This document shows, in pieces, positions 1 through 14,800 of a DNA stretch of 64,000 bases (its first letter is position 1; every line of letters starts with the position of its first letter). This DNA comes from the human T2T-CHM13v2.0 reference genome, Homo sapiens: NCBI RefSeq assembly GCF_009914755.1, contig NC_060929.1. The stretch is one strand, 5' to 3'. The notes below the pieces were generated by a model. The model had not been told where the DNA came from and searched no databases. It saw only the letters and a program-made list of their open reading frames with translations. The position numbers and the translations under genes are program-made.

Positions 1-1224
1 AGTATTCATGTTACTTTTAGAAGAAGTGGCTTTGATGGAGAGTTGGCATAACAATTTAGCTTCTTATTAAGATGATATTTTTCTAACTAACTAGAGATAT
101 TATCATTTCTCTATTTCATGTATTTTTTTGTAAACTGAAGAGAACAATTAATTTTATTTATGCAAATGTATTATACTTTTGCTAGCCATGGGCTGTTTCC
201 ATATAAAATCACAATAAACATTTTAGAAAAAAAGCAAAAGCCAAAGAAAAGCCCTGTCTTTTTGTCTTGTTTTGTTTTGTGAAAAAGATACTTAATAATT
301 AATTGAGATTTTATATTCCATGAAGGGACTTTTTATTGTATGAAACCAATGCATGGTTTTTGTTTCCATTTGGCACAAATCATCTACAAATAATGTTTTT
401 AAATTATGGATTTTACTTATTATATTCAGATTCTATTTAAAAGAGTTCTTCAAATTTATATTTAAATATGCCTTCTGATTGAGAAACTGAATATATCAAA
501 CACTAATCAAATGTACATTTCTTGTGAAATATTCTTTTATTAATTGTAATGGTTTTCTGTGCAACATTCTATGACCTCTTTTCAAACAATTATATCAAAA
601 GACACACTACACTACTTTATAATTATTATACTAAATAATCTCTATAATAATTGAATGTAACAAAAAACTTACAAATTTGAAAATAATTATTCATGGTCAC
701 AATTATAATTAAGAATAATCATGAAACTATGCTTAAAATGAAATGCCATCAAGTAGAAATGTTTAAACAAAAATAATTAGGGATATTATAAAAAATATTC
801 GCAGCCAACAAAAAGTTAAGAAATAGCTCAAATTAATGTTAAAAATTTTATATGACCTAAATACAAAGTTGAAAAGATTTACAGAATTTTTCTATATGAG
901 AATCTTAAACGTTTATACACTCTATAAGAAATCTTTATTTTCAGTTCCAAGCAATTCAAAGAGGAGAGAAATTTAGATCCCAGTTCTAAATCAAGCTGGC
1001 ATTTACAAACTTCTGAATATAGAATGAAGCTCTTAACACAATGGATGCACAAAAATTATTTTTAAGTTACTGGTGAATTTCTCCTAGGGTAAACTTCAGA
1101 AGCTATTACAGTAAATGGGTTCATATAAAATATCTAAACAACTATAAATGAATCATTTTTAAAATTTAGTTAAAAATAATACTATTTGCTATCATTAATT
1201 GAGCACTCACAAATATCTGAAGCG

Positions 1225-1360
1225 ATACTATGTAGGTACTATTATTCTCATTTTACAGATGAGGAAATGAGACATAGATAGTCTAATAGCCTGATCAAGA
1301 TAGCAAAACTATATAGATCTAAACATAGAATCTGGGACTGCCTCACCTCAAAGTTGGTAT
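1225..1360 (-). mobile_element. MIR SINE fragment
   Basis: Contains MIR core in reverse (ATTATTCTCATTTTACAGATGAGGAAA); highly diverged; edges approximate. Confidence 0.7.
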
Positions 1361-2275
1361 ACACTATGTTACTCTTCAGGCCCTGAGATTTTTCTGCGGG
1401 ACTGGGACAGAAGATAAATTTGCAGTGGTTTCTGCTAGATGGTGCATTTTCTCCAAGCACACCCATTCTCTAAGTCCTTTATTAATGCAGTCAGTAAACT
1501 GTCTTGGGTACTGAGACATAAATAAACTATTATCCTTTTCCTTGATGAGCTAATACAGTAACCTCCTTGAGAAGACACTGTATTATACTGTTTTATTTGC
1601 ATGTATGTGTGTGTATGTTCACATAAATACATATGCATACTCCACCTATGATTCCTTTCTTTACTTCAGCACAAAAGGTAATTTTAATCCAGCTTCACTA
1701 ATGATGAAGCTATTATTTCCCTGCAAGAGACAGCTATTTCCCTGGAAGAGATATTGAGAAATTGAAGAAAAGAGAGACAATTTGGGACCTGGCAGTATAG
1801 ACCCAGAAAATAGCCTTCAAAAGCCATGACAATATAAAATAATATATTTTGTATGTAACAGTTACTACAGCTTGGACTTTTTCCTAAAGGAGTGGAGTGC
1901 CCATTAAAGTATTAAAACAAGGCTTATCCTGTTGAGATCTATATTGTAACAACATGACTTTGGGGCTATGTGTAAGGTTTGGAGTGGAGTGAGAGTAAAC
2001 CAGAGTTATGTGTGAGACAGAATTAAGAGCTTATTGCTGTTGTTCAGAACAGGAATAATGTGGGCCTGATTGGCTCAGCTGCAGTTAGGATGCATAAGAA
2101 AAAAAGGTTTGGAATGATACATAAAGTGCTAACATTGAGAAAGCATCCTAAATCACTGGTTGGGTAGGAGAGACAGAACCCGAAAAGGAGCTGACTTGAA
2201 GTGTTCTAGCCTGAATGGCCATTGGAATTAAAAGTATCCATGTTTCAGAAGAGGAAGAACACATTCTGGACAAAA

Positions 2276-2277
<2 letters not shown>

Positions 2278-2322
<45 letters not shown>
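2278..2322. repeat. (AAT)15 microsatellite
   Basis: Perfect AAT run; explains the poly-L/N/I ORFs in the track. Confidence 0.95.
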
Positions 2323-2323
<1 letters not shown>

Positions 2324-3345
2324 GTAACAATGACAACCTGGGAAGTAAGCCCAAAAGCCCACCAGTTTTATTTTCTAAAAAATGGATATATGTATTTTTT
2401 AATGTATATGTATGTATATATACAATATAGTAATAATCTGATAAATGTAAAAGAAAATAAGATGTTGAAATAAAATCTAGGCCCAAATTGGGACCTAGCT
2501 CAATCATTTATTTTGTTCACTTGTTTACTAAAATTATTAATAAACCCTCTTGATTCAGAAGCCCTTAGGGTTTTGTTGTCTTTCCAACAAAGAATAATTT
2601 TGCTCTAGATGGTTTCAAGCTTTATTGTGAACTAAAACGTTGGAGAAGGTTATATTTCTTAGTTTGCTGTTAAGTATCGTGTATGTTCTCTACTTGTCTC
2701 CCAGCTTTGTCAAAGTGTCACATCTGAATAGATGACTCTTAATTTATTGATTAACTATTTTATAAGCCGAATACGACATGACATATAGGAGAAAAAAGGC
2801 TAATCTAATGCTATGGTATTTCATTATGAACAAAGCCTGGTTTCCTGGGTGACTAAAATACTCTTATGGCATTGTTTTGCTTTGTTTCCTTTTTCCTTGT
2901 CTTCCTGTCTTTGAAGATTTCCTGCATTCTGACAATTTCTCAGCACCTTAAACTAAATACTGAATAGTAAATGTAGGGACTCACCTAAAGAAGTATTTTC
3001 CTCGCTGTTCTTCTATTACTGGCAAATCCTATGTGATGAAAGGACTTCAGATAACAACAAATCTCAAACATATTGAATCTTAGTTTGGGATTGTTGAAGA
3101 CAACACTCCAATATATGGCAGAACAGAGTGAAAACAATTTTCCAGAATGCTTTCAACATGTAGGATGGACAATGATGAAGGAAAGCAGTTATGTAATGAT
3201 TGTCAAAGATTGCTCTTTTTACTGACTGAATGTTTTGATTTCTTAAATATCCTACTTTTGATGAAGAATTTGACCTCTCTGTATTGACTGAGTTATTTCA
3301 ACTAGCATGCTAAATTGACTAATAAGACTTAAGAAATGACTTAAG

Positions 3346-3668
<323 letters not shown>

Positions 3669-3919
3669 TTAGAAAGAATTTCTTAAACAATTTTTGGGAA
3701 AAAAATGACATTTTGCAAAATTTAATAAAAGGTATATTTTAAAAATACCAAAAAATAAAGAAGAAATGCAAAGAAAGGGGAAGGAAAGAAGAAAGCTTCT
3801 ATATAATTTCTTATATTATTACCATATTTCTTAGCTGAAATATAATTTTTAAATCATGGGTAAAATATCACTTACACTTAGAAAATTTACCCACAAAATT
3901 CTTGAAACGTTTAGAAATT

Positions 3920-5880
3920 ATATGTGTATATATGTGTGTGTTTATATATATTATATATAGTTATGTAATACATATTATATATTATATAATCATAATTATA
4001 TAATATATAATATGTAATATATATAACATATAATATGTAATGTGTATATATTCTATATTATGCATATTATATATAATATTCTATATTATGCATATTATAT
4101 ATAATATATACCACGCATATTATATATAATATATACCACGCATATTATATATAATATATACCACGCATATTATATATAATATATACCACGCATATTATAT
4201 ATAATATATACCACGCATATTATATATAATATATACCACGCATATTATATATAATATATACCACGCATATTATATATAATATATACCACGCATATTATAT
4301 ATAATATATATCACGCATATTATATATATCACGCATATTATATATAATATATATCACGCATATTATATATAACATATATCATGCATATTATATATATTAT
4401 GTATCACGCATATTATATATATTTTATCACGCATATTATATATTATATATCACGCATATTATATATTATATATCACGCATATTATATATAATATATTACA
4501 CATATGATATGTAATATATATTATACATATTATATATACTATATATTATACATATTATATATCTTATACATATATATGTATAATATATATTATATATGTA
4601 TATTATATTATATATGTATATATTATATATGTATATATAATATATATGTATGTATATATGTATATTATATATATATTATATATAATATGTAGTGCTGTAT
4701 TATATAGTATATATACTATATTATATATAATATATAGTATATATTATATATAAAATATATAGTGCATATTATATATAATGTATAGTCCTTAAGCAGTGCT
4801 GTAAGTATATAATATATATAATATATATGTATATTATATATGTATATATAATATACGTATATATGTATATATACGTATATGTACATATACGTATATATGT
4901 ATATATACGTATATATACATATACGTATATATGTATATATACGTATATGTATATACGTATATATACGTATATGTATATATGTATATATACATATATGTAT
5001 ACATATATACGTATATATGTATATATGTGTATGTATACGTATACGTATATGTGTATGTATACGTATACGTATATGTGTATGTATACGTATACGTATATGT
5101 GTATGTATACGTATACGTATATGTGTGTATATATACGTATACGTATATGTGTGTATATATACGTATACGTATATGTGTGTATATATACGTATACGTATAT
5201 GTGTGTATATATACGTATACGTATATGTGTGTATATATACGTATACGTATATGTGTGTATATATACGTATACGTATATGTGTGTATATATACGTATACGT
5301 ATATGTGTGTATATATACGTATACGTATATGTGTGTATATATACGTATACGTATATGTGTGTATATACGTATACGTATATGTGTGTATATATACGTATAC
5401 GTATATGTGTATATATACATATATGTGTACATATACATATATGTATATATTATATATGTATATATTATATATAATATATATTATATATTATACGTATAAT
5501 ATATAATATATATTATACGTATAATATATATTATATATTATACGTATTATATATATTATATATTATACGTATTATATATATTATATATTATATATTATGC
5601 ATATTATATATAATATTATATTATTATATATAATGTGTATAATATATATTATAGTATACATACTATATATAATATTATATAAATATATAATATATAAATA
5701 TATAATATAAATATATATTATATATTTATATATAAACACACACACTATATCATATAGTGTGTATATACAAATACATATAATATATGTGCATATTGTGTAT
5801 ATATGATGTATAATATTGCATATATGTATATATGTATGTTTATAAATATATTTTATATATATATAAACACACACTATATC
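3920..5880. repeat. Compound AT-rich minisatellite / low-complexity tract
   Basis: Eight perfect 25-mers CCACGCATATTATATATAATATATA at 4111-4310; 24-mer and 26-mer (ACGTATACGTATATGTGTGTATATAT) arrays at ~5035-5400; (TA)-rich flanks. Confidence 0.95.
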
Positions 5881-6002
5881 AAAGAATGCATCATTAGTTC
5901 CATGTAGAACAAATGCTCTGGTCATTTCCTATGCATTGATGTGTGGTTAACATATACTAACTAACCATTGCATTGTCTACAATCTAGTTAATAATCAAGT
6001 TT

Positions 6003-6219
6003 CATGGGTTGACAAACTATGATCCCAGGCAAAATATGACCTGTTGCCTATTTTTAGAATTGCAATTTCATTGGAACTTAGGTACACCAATTTGTTTACA
6101 TATTGATTATGGCCATTTTTGCACTAATGAGAGAGTTGAATAGTTCAATACTTATATGGCTCACAAAGCTTATTATATTTACTATCTGGCTCTTTACAGA
6201 AAAATATTTCTGACCCTTG
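6003..6219 (+). mobile_element. MER58A-like hAT-Charlie MITE
   Basis: Ends CATGGGTTGACAAACT ... CTTTACAGAAAAATATTTCTGACCCTTG resemble MER58A termini; ~220 bp. Confidence 0.7.
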
Positions 6220-7096
6220 ATCTACTTAATGATCACTGACCAATGTCATCTATCTCGTTATGTAATTTCAATATACATTTGTTATATTTTATAATAAAAT
6301 TATAACCTATGGTATTTAATAAATGACATATAATTCTCTGTCTTTTTCTTACATCATGTAAGCCATATTTTTATAATTTTAACAGTTATTTTGTGTACAG
6401 AGCCATACAGTCCCACCTTTCTAATTCTAGTATGTGTTACATCTGAAAAACTTCTAGTACGATCTCACACTGCTAGAATATTAAAACTGTTTCATGGTCA
6501 AAGACGTTTGGGAAACACTGATCTATATTTGTTTGCCTACATGCTAGATTCATTGACTAAATGGTTCAATAATCCTGACTAGAAATAAATAGCGTATCAC
6601 AGGCTGAAAGGTTCCTTGAAAACAGTTTAGTATATTCTGAGAATAAGCCTCTTTTCATACAATTTTACTCTTTGTACTTGTACTTCCTTCCAGTATTCTC
6701 TTGTTAAAATTGTGGAATAGTTATTATGCCCAATTACAACAGTCTTAGATTCCAACAAGAAAAATAAGACATATGAGTTTTTTTTAACAGACACTTTAGT
6801 TTGCATCCTGCAATAGTTTGGAAAGGGGACTCTACTAAAAAACAGTGAGGCAATACTCAATATTAAAATGAAATCCTTTCTGGCCAATTGCCTTTTTGAA
6901 TGCTTTTTATATTGTTGATTATAATCTTTGCATACTCTATGATTTAATAATAGTTATTCATTACCTGGTACCAGCACGGTATTTTCCAAATGTGGGGTTA
7001 ACTACTTCTTTAGATGAAAGTATGATTGGCTTGTAATTTTTCAACTATCACTCTCTACTTATTATAAAGGTATCAGTCTGATACCTTTCTATACAC

Positions 7097-7418
7097 TAGA
7101 ATAGGCTCTGTATGCAGCCAAACTTAAGAACAAGTTTCTATCTAGTCAGCTACTGTTACACAAATATCAGTATACATTGTTCCAATTCATGAAAACTCAT
7201 TAAATGTTTTAAATCTCTGAGGAAATACTATGAGCTAGGAGTACTTTAAGGTGTTGGAGATATATCAATGCATAATGTTCAATGTAAAAACAGTTCTCAT
7301 TCTCAATGAACTTCCAATACAATACATGAGATAGAAAATGGACAAAAAAGTAGACATAAAATAGTATAGTATAATAAAATATACCACTGGTATATTAAAC
7401 ATACTGCAAGTACATAAT
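7097..7418 (+). repeat. Copy 1 of a ~320-bp local dispersed direct duplication (includes an L2 3'-end remnant)
   Basis: Aligns to 8140-8470 with 13 substitutions and 2 small indels. Confidence 0.95.
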
Positions 7419-8139
7419 TTGATTAAGATTATGTAGGATTTCATCCACTCTATTAAAGAATATTTAAACACTAAACTATTGAAGAATTAGCCAAGGAACT
7501 CTTGGTTGGAAAAAAATTAACTGTGGGGTAATACATAGTATTCAACATTTGGTATTACACAGTTTACAAAATTTATTTATATATCATATATTAAATGAAG
7601 TGCCTACAATTAATAAAAAGAGATAACATTTAAATTTATTTAGAAATGAATTTGAAGTGTAGTTTTTAATTGTTTTATCTATTGAGAGCTCACCTTGTCT
7701 TAGTCGTACTATTTTGGGTATGGCACTTAACTCCTCTCACCCTGTATCAGCAGTAGGAAATGTGTTCAGCATATAGCTGAAATTCCCTAATGCTGCACAG
7801 GAGAACTATTTAATAAATAGCAGCTAATATCTCCCCTCTCTATAAAATACCTTATTACGTCTTTCCAAGCTTCAGCCAAGCATGGTTTTCCTCTGGATGA
7901 TTGTGCATTAGCCAAATCTTAAGGACACATAAAAAAGAACCTACTAAACAGAACAATTGGAAAACTGAAAAGTATATCCTCTTTTCTGAGAAGCAGAGTC
8001 AGTGCTGTAAGCAAATATTACTTTTGGCACACCTATATCACTATCAGCTATTACAACAGTCTTGAGTTCCTAATATTTGTTTGGAATTTCAGTGGCCAAA
8101 TGATCACTGCTCTGTACTGAGTGAGAAAAATGACATACA

Positions 8140-8470
8140 TAGAATAGGCTCCGTATGCAGCCAAACTTAAGAACAAGTTTCTATCTAGTCAGCTACTGTT
8201 GCACAAATATCAGTATACATTGTTCCAATTCATGAAAACTCATTAAATGTTTTAAATCTCTGAGGAAATACTGTGAGCCAGGAGTAAGTACTTCAAGGTG
8301 TTGGAGATATATCAACGCATAATGTTCAATGTAAAAACAGTTCTCATTCTCAATGACCTTCCAATACGATGCATGAGATAGAAAATGGACAAAAAAGTAG
8401 ATGTAAAATAGTATAGTATAATAAAATATACCACTGGTATAAGATATTAAACATATTGCAAGTAAATAAT
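8140..8470 (+). repeat. Copy 2 of the ~320-bp direct duplication
   Basis: TAGAATAGGCTC...GCAAGTAAATAAT matches 7097-7418. Confidence 0.95.
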
Positions 8471-10659
8471 GTAGTATAATATAGTGAAAGAAAAAATAAA
8501 GAATGCAAGGGTGATCATTGCTTATAATTTATAATTGTAAGGACTGTAAAAATGTCCAAGTGTAAGGATTAACTGCACAAATTTATAGTCCTATCAAGAG
8601 CAGAGCAGAAAAAAAAAACTGCCAGGTACGGATCTCACTTCCATGCTTTCTGGAGTGCAGGGAGAAAATGGCCCTGACATAATGAAACACTATTCTGGGT
8701 GCAGGATGAACACACTGGTTACCCATCCTTGGAACAGAACTGCAAAACTCTGCATGAAAGATGGTGTCCCTGTCCAGCTCCTGCAGAAGGAATTTAGGGG
8801 TGGGGTGGGATTTAGAGTAGAATTAATTTATAAGTACTACATAAAATTGATAAGAGAAAGAGGGTAATGTGATCCCTTTTTAGAAAATATGTTTTTCCAA
8901 TATTCCAATAGTAGAGAAATCAGAAATTTCCCTGGATCACAGTTCACGTAAGTTCTGTTTAAGACTTGAAAAGAAACGTATGGGTTGTCTGGATGTTTGT
9001 GCTGTGATTAGAAATTTGGACAGGTAGCCCTTTGGGAAAGGGTTGCAATTAGATAGTTTGGGAGGATTTGAAAGGTTTAAGTGCAGAAATCATAAAGCCT
9101 GGGTAAGGCAAAGAAAATGAACGTAATTGAGATTTCTGCCTGTGACATGGTAGATACCTGTGCCAGCCCTAAAATGATGTTCCACAGCTAGCAAATGCCA
9201 GGAGTCATGAGACGTGGGAGGCCTGTGAACAGGGAGGAGGATGACTGTGAAAAGGTAGCAACTTAGTGCCATAATAGCAACAGGAACAGTCAACTCAGCC
9301 TGGCACCTGGCCCCCACGTGAGCTGGCATTTCATCACCAGTGCAACCTTGCAGCTCACTTCTGGGGTGTCATGTCTTCATTTCCCCAGTCACTGCAAAAA
9401 ATGGGACAACTATACTGTAATTCTATGCATCACATTTGAGCATCACATTGGTGCTACTTTGCCGCCAGTATTTCTCTTGGTTGTTACAGGAGGTGAACGT
9501 TCGTCATTCTTCAACATTGTATTTGAGTCAGTAACCAGGAATTTCCAAAACAATGACTATTATGGGAATGACTAGGGAACATAAGTCGGGAAAAAGAGAA
9601 TGAACAACAATGTATGTATGTAGTCATACTTGTATGTATGTATGTATGTATGTTTCTAACTGATCAGTATTTGGAGCTTATAATAACTTTGAACTTTTAA
9701 TGTCTACTAGAAATTAACTGTAAAAATCAATCAATAATTATGTAGTACCACCTCCGTTAGCCCACTTAAATGTATTTTAAATGAACATGTAATCCAAGTA
9801 AAACAGCAAATATAGCTTTAAAACAAATCTCCTCTTCTTAACAATATTCTTGTCTCTATGTTCTTCCTTTAGATAAATTTGGGAGAAGCAATGAAATCAA
9901 CAAAGAAACACACAGAGCCAACATAGGCAGAGTGATTTTAAGGAGACACACTGATCTGTAAGCCTTTAAGACTTGCCTAAAGCTGCATAAACATATAGAA
10001 AAATACAAAGGAAACATTGTTTAGAAGGTGAAATTCAGCTGACCATGAAAGCCACAGAATAAAAAAAGCTTCACTTTCTTCCTCTTTTACATATTGGGCT
10101 TTTATATAAGATCTTGGTTTTAAAAAGAGGCTTGTTGCTTTTTAAATAAATTTTCAAAGATGTTTCCAATCTGGTTTGTTTGAAGAGCATTTTGAATTAG
10201 ATGCGCATCTCCATCATGAGTTCTAATGCCATTAGGCTTGCCCCTTATTTTCTTGGAGTCTCAGTTCCAGTCGGTGATAAACAGGTATAAAATGTTTTAA
10301 AATACTCTAGAGTTGTTTTGATGATTAAATAAAAAAGTACATAATGTATGTGTTACATTTTATTCCTCTTTCTTCCCTCTGTATTAGTTCTCTTTCTAGT
10401 GTGAAATATCCTTTCATTAATGGTTCTAAGAAAAAAGCCCTATCTCACCAAGGCTTGAAGACAATTGTGAGAACAAATTATGTTCATTTAGATGATAATT
10501 TTAGATAAGCATGGCTTATTTCACATATTCCAAGCACCTATAATAGTAATCCTAATCCATAGGTATTGTTTCTGTATTGATTTGCACTGTAAATAATCTT
10601 GACAATTGGCTTTTGTAATATATATACACATATTTACACATTTCATACAATAAATATAG

Positions 10660-11060
10660 AGAGAACACTTACTATGTACCGGGTAACATCTAGTCATGGA
10701 AAATACCGTGAATGAATGAGAGATACAAACTTTCTATACTCACATATATAGCAGAACGTTAATAGAGTAATGAATAGGAAATGTCTGAGTAGCTAGTTCA
10801 CATTGTGTGGTTAGTAAAGAATTATATGTAAACTTAGTAAAGGATAAGAATGGGCTACCCATAGAAAGATTGTGGGAAGGAATATTTGTCTCAACTGGAA
10901 TAGCTAGTACAAACTCCCTCCTTAAGGCTGGATTGACTTGAGATGTCTGAGTAATGGACAAAAGCCCATAGGCCAGTCTTGGAGTTTTGGGAGGAAAGTG
11001 GCATGAGATTATGTTGGAGAGAGAGCAGGACTTGTACAAGGAGGAGATTTGTAACACAGT
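10660..11060 (-). mobile_element. L2 LINE 3' fragment
   Basis: GAACACTTACTATGTACCGGG... resembles the reverse L2 3' end; very diverged. Confidence 0.5.
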
Positions 11061-11121
11061 AGTGGCTAGTATATAATTGGAGGCTTACAGTATATAATCC
11101 ATTTTGCTTTGTTTTAATCAC

Positions 11122-11575
11122 TAAAATTTTTATTAAAATTATGGTAAAATAGCATAATATAAAATATACCATTTTAACCATTTTTTAGTGAAAGTTGAAT
11201 AGTGTTGAGTATATTCACATTGTTCTGCAGTCATCACCACCATCCATCTCCAGAACTTTTTCCATCTTGCACAACGGAAACTCTGTATTCATTTCTACCC
11301 AATAAACAACTCTCTTTTTCTCCTCCCATCAGCCCCTGCTAACCACATTCTACGTTCTGTCTATATGAATTTGACTACTCCAGAAACCTCATGTAAGTGG
11401 AATCACATGGTATTTGTCTTTTTGTGACTGACTTATTTCACATAATGTCCTCAAGATTCATCTGCATTACTATGTGTCAGAATGTCTTCCTTTTAACCCT
11501 GCATAATATTTAAGTGTTTGTACATATATTTTTTAATCTATAATTTGTTGATGGGCATTTGGGACATTCTAACCA
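11122..11575 (-). mobile_element. L1MB-type 3' UTR fragment
   Basis: CACCACCATCCATCTCCAGAACTTTTTCCATCTTG and CCTCATGTAAGTGGAATCAC are typical reverse-strand L1MB 3'-end motifs. Confidence 0.75.
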
Positions 11576-11868
11576 TTTATTTATTTAGAGATGGAGTCTT
11601 GCTCTGTCGCCCAGTCTGGGAGGCTGGAGTGCACGATCTCGGCTCACTGAAACCTCTGACTCCCAAGTTCAAGCAATTCTCCTGCCTCAGCCTCTCGAGT
11701 AGCTGAGATTACAGGCATGAGCAATCACACCTAGCTAATTTTTGTATATTTAGAAGAGATGAGTTTTCACCATGTTGGCCAGGCTGTTCTTGAACTCCTG
11801 ACCTCAAGTGATCTGCCTGTCTTGGCCTCCCAAAGTGGTGGGATTACGGGTGTGAACCACTGTGCCCT
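11576..11868 (-). mobile_element. AluS
   Basis: (ATTT)n-GAGATGGAGTCTTGCTCTGTCGCCC ... CCCAAAGTGGTGGGATTAC; degenerate TSD TTCTAACCATTTAT / TTTTAACTATTTAT. Confidence 0.92.
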
Positions 11869-14800
11869 ACGATTTTAACTATTTATAAGTTTACAATTTA
11901 GTGGCATTAATTACAATCAGTGAATTTTTTTTGCATGTTTTCTTTTTAAAGAGCATTCTGCTTGCTATGCGAAAAAATGAGCATTCAGGGGTTAAGTGGA
12001 ATCATAGAGACCTGTTAGAAGGGCATTTCTAGCAATCCAGGGTGGAGAATGTGCCTATGGTGGCTGTAATGAAGATGGACAGCATCCGAGAATAATGCAG
12101 GTTCTTTTTCAGGGCATCTGGTTTTATTGTTTTACTAAGCATTCTCCCTCAAGCTCTCTCACTCTCATTCTCTCTCTCTCTCTGTCACACACACACACAT
12201 GCATACACACTCATGTCTTTTAAAATTTTTTTTACCACATTAATGGATCTTTCCCAAACATTATCTTTCATATATTTTAGATGAATTCTGTCATTTACTG
12301 AGAACTGATTATTTTGACAGTATAAATAATAGTCCCAGTCAATTTGACTACTTAATACTATCTCTTTTATCTGTTATTTATTTCCTATGCCATCTTTAAT
12401 CAATATATATAGAGTGAATTACTGAGTGAATGGGTGAATAAACCAGAAGATGTGATAAAAACATTTGCTTGCAGCCTTCAAAATTCTAGCTCTAAACCTC
12501 AGAGATGCATTCCTGCTCCTTCTGGCTGTATCAGTCATCTGTACACGAAGCATAAAGACTGGTTTTATCAGTGATTTTGTTGAGTGTTTGATTACCCTTC
12601 TTAATGCTTCTTCCTACTTCGCTTGGTTTGTAGGTGCTCCTGGGACATCTGCTTTTTAATTTGTTGATTCCAACCTTCCTCCTTGCTGTTAACATATTTA
12701 CTAATACACTTACTTAATAAGCTGCCTACTACTCTCCTAGGCCTACTCACATAGCTAATTAATCTTCTGCATTTTGGCATTTTCAATCTGAGCACTTACA
12801 TAGCAGTATAAACAATTGTCACAAAATTTGAGTCTTCCATCCACTCCTGTTGAGCACATGTGTCAGTTAAACATTTCCATGGTTTCAAAATTCACTTGCT
12901 TACTGATCTGTTTTTTTTCCTGACCTTCTGACTAATTCGTGATTCTTTAATATATTTATTTGAGAATGAAGAGGTCTTTTGAGAACATCTAGTCTAGTAG
13001 TTCTCAAGCTTGTTTTTTAATGATGGATTCTTCTGTACAAATGAAATCTTATGCATATAAATAAGAAAATAAATAAGAGAAAAGCTGTTCTTTTTGAAGT
13101 AACAAAAAAGGTAGAACCTTCCAGTTTGCCTCAATTTCCCTCAAAGTTCCTCCTGAGAAGAGTTGAGGAACCTCAAACTAATCCAGATTATAAAGAACTG
13201 CTTTAAAACAGCTTATTCTTTTACTGATAAAGACCCTGACCCAAAGCAGTGAAGCTATCTGGAACCACAATCTAAGGGGTGGTGGGAGCTTCTAGGTACC
13301 TCAACCATAAGGTGTTAGTATGAAAGAATGGAAAGAGACTTTTAATTCAGAAAAAACTTAGAGTTGAATACTGCCTTTTACCTCTCACCACTTGTGGGAC
13401 CTTATGAAGTTTATGTATCATCTTTGATAACCCATAATTTTTAGAGATGGCAGTGATGATTGTATGCAAATTAAATGATAAAATACAATACACCCCCCAT
13501 ATTCTTTTCATTATCTTTAAGCATTCTGTGGTTTATATAGATAACATTATTCCATCTCATAGAAAACAAAATTTAAGCCCAGGCTTAAAAATTTCCAGTT
13601 AATAAGTGGCTGATCTAGGGACAGAACACATGTACTGTTGACACTAAGTTCCATACTCTCCACTGACCAGAGGCCTTAAGTAAAAAGAAAAAAAAAAGCG
13701 GTGAACAACTAATCGTGTTATATTTATTTGATGCTTTGTGTTGCAATTCTAAAATAATGATCTTACTTAAAGCCCACCCCAAACTATAAATTAGATTTTA
13801 TTAGGCTTATTTTACAGAAAAGGAAACAGAAATTGAGGGGTTAAATAACTTAAAAACGTCATAAAGCTAGGAAATTTTAAAAACTGGATTTTGTCTTTTT
13901 TTTAGGATTTAAGTAAAAAACTATTTCAAATACATAGTCATTTCTTACTCAAACATACAATGCTATTATAGCCAGATTGAATCTGTTTTGTTACTTGAAA
14001 CAAGTGGAAAATACAGTCATCCCTGCTTTCTGTCTTTTCCTGTCCATTGACTTTTCTTAAATTTCAAAATTACGCTATAAAACCTTGGAAATTATTTAAG
14101 AATACAGCAGCCTAAGTTGTTTCAGGAGTTTAGGGAAACAGAAGAACTTACTTTTCTTTTTCTCCCAAACCCCTTGGTAGTTACATAAGGTTGAAATAGC
14201 ACAGTTAGTGAGATGCTCATCAAAAGTCGATATGTATCCTGTGTGTCTAATCTGTGAATCTGGCATCTAGGAACTTGCATGAGCCCAGGGAGCCTGCTGG
14301 CAATCAAGACTCATGAGGGTACTTACAGAAAAACTCTCCAGTAGGCCCCAACATAGACCCAGCACATGGAAATGACTCAGGGTAACTTCCTTCAGGCTAG
14401 TCTTTCAGCCACAAGACAATACAATATCAGTGCTCATTCAGCCCTGCTGGGAGTCAAATGACCTCTGAGTAGCTTCCAATATCCTCATTCCTAAATTATG
14501 AATCTATCTTTCAACCACAGAAGACTGTTTAGTGTGTGTATTCTGGTCGTTAAGAAATTCACACACCCACAGGGAGCTAACTACATTTTTTTATTTTCCA
14601 TTTTCTTCTGTCTTTCTTATATAATTACATGTTAGGCTCAATAAGAAAATACCCTACCATTTTTCTTAAACGTATTACTATAAAACCTAATATGGAGATT
14701 GATACCCAGCCTAAATTTCTTTCACATTTATCTTTTTGAGTATAATAATAAAATTTCACTGTAACATTTTAAAAATATGAAATAGAACAAAGAAAAATCA

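Noticed and set aside
2148-2507. Poly-Leu/Asn/Ile ORFs
   Set aside because: Produced by the (AAT)n microsatellite.
4111-4310. Regularly spaced repeats as a CRISPR array
   Set aside because: Head-to-tail 25-mers with no unique spacers; primate DNA; no cas genes.
4504-5925. Long Y/I/V/T-rich ORFs (up to 240 aa) on both strands
   Set aside because: Translations of an RY tandem repeat that happens to lack stop codons.
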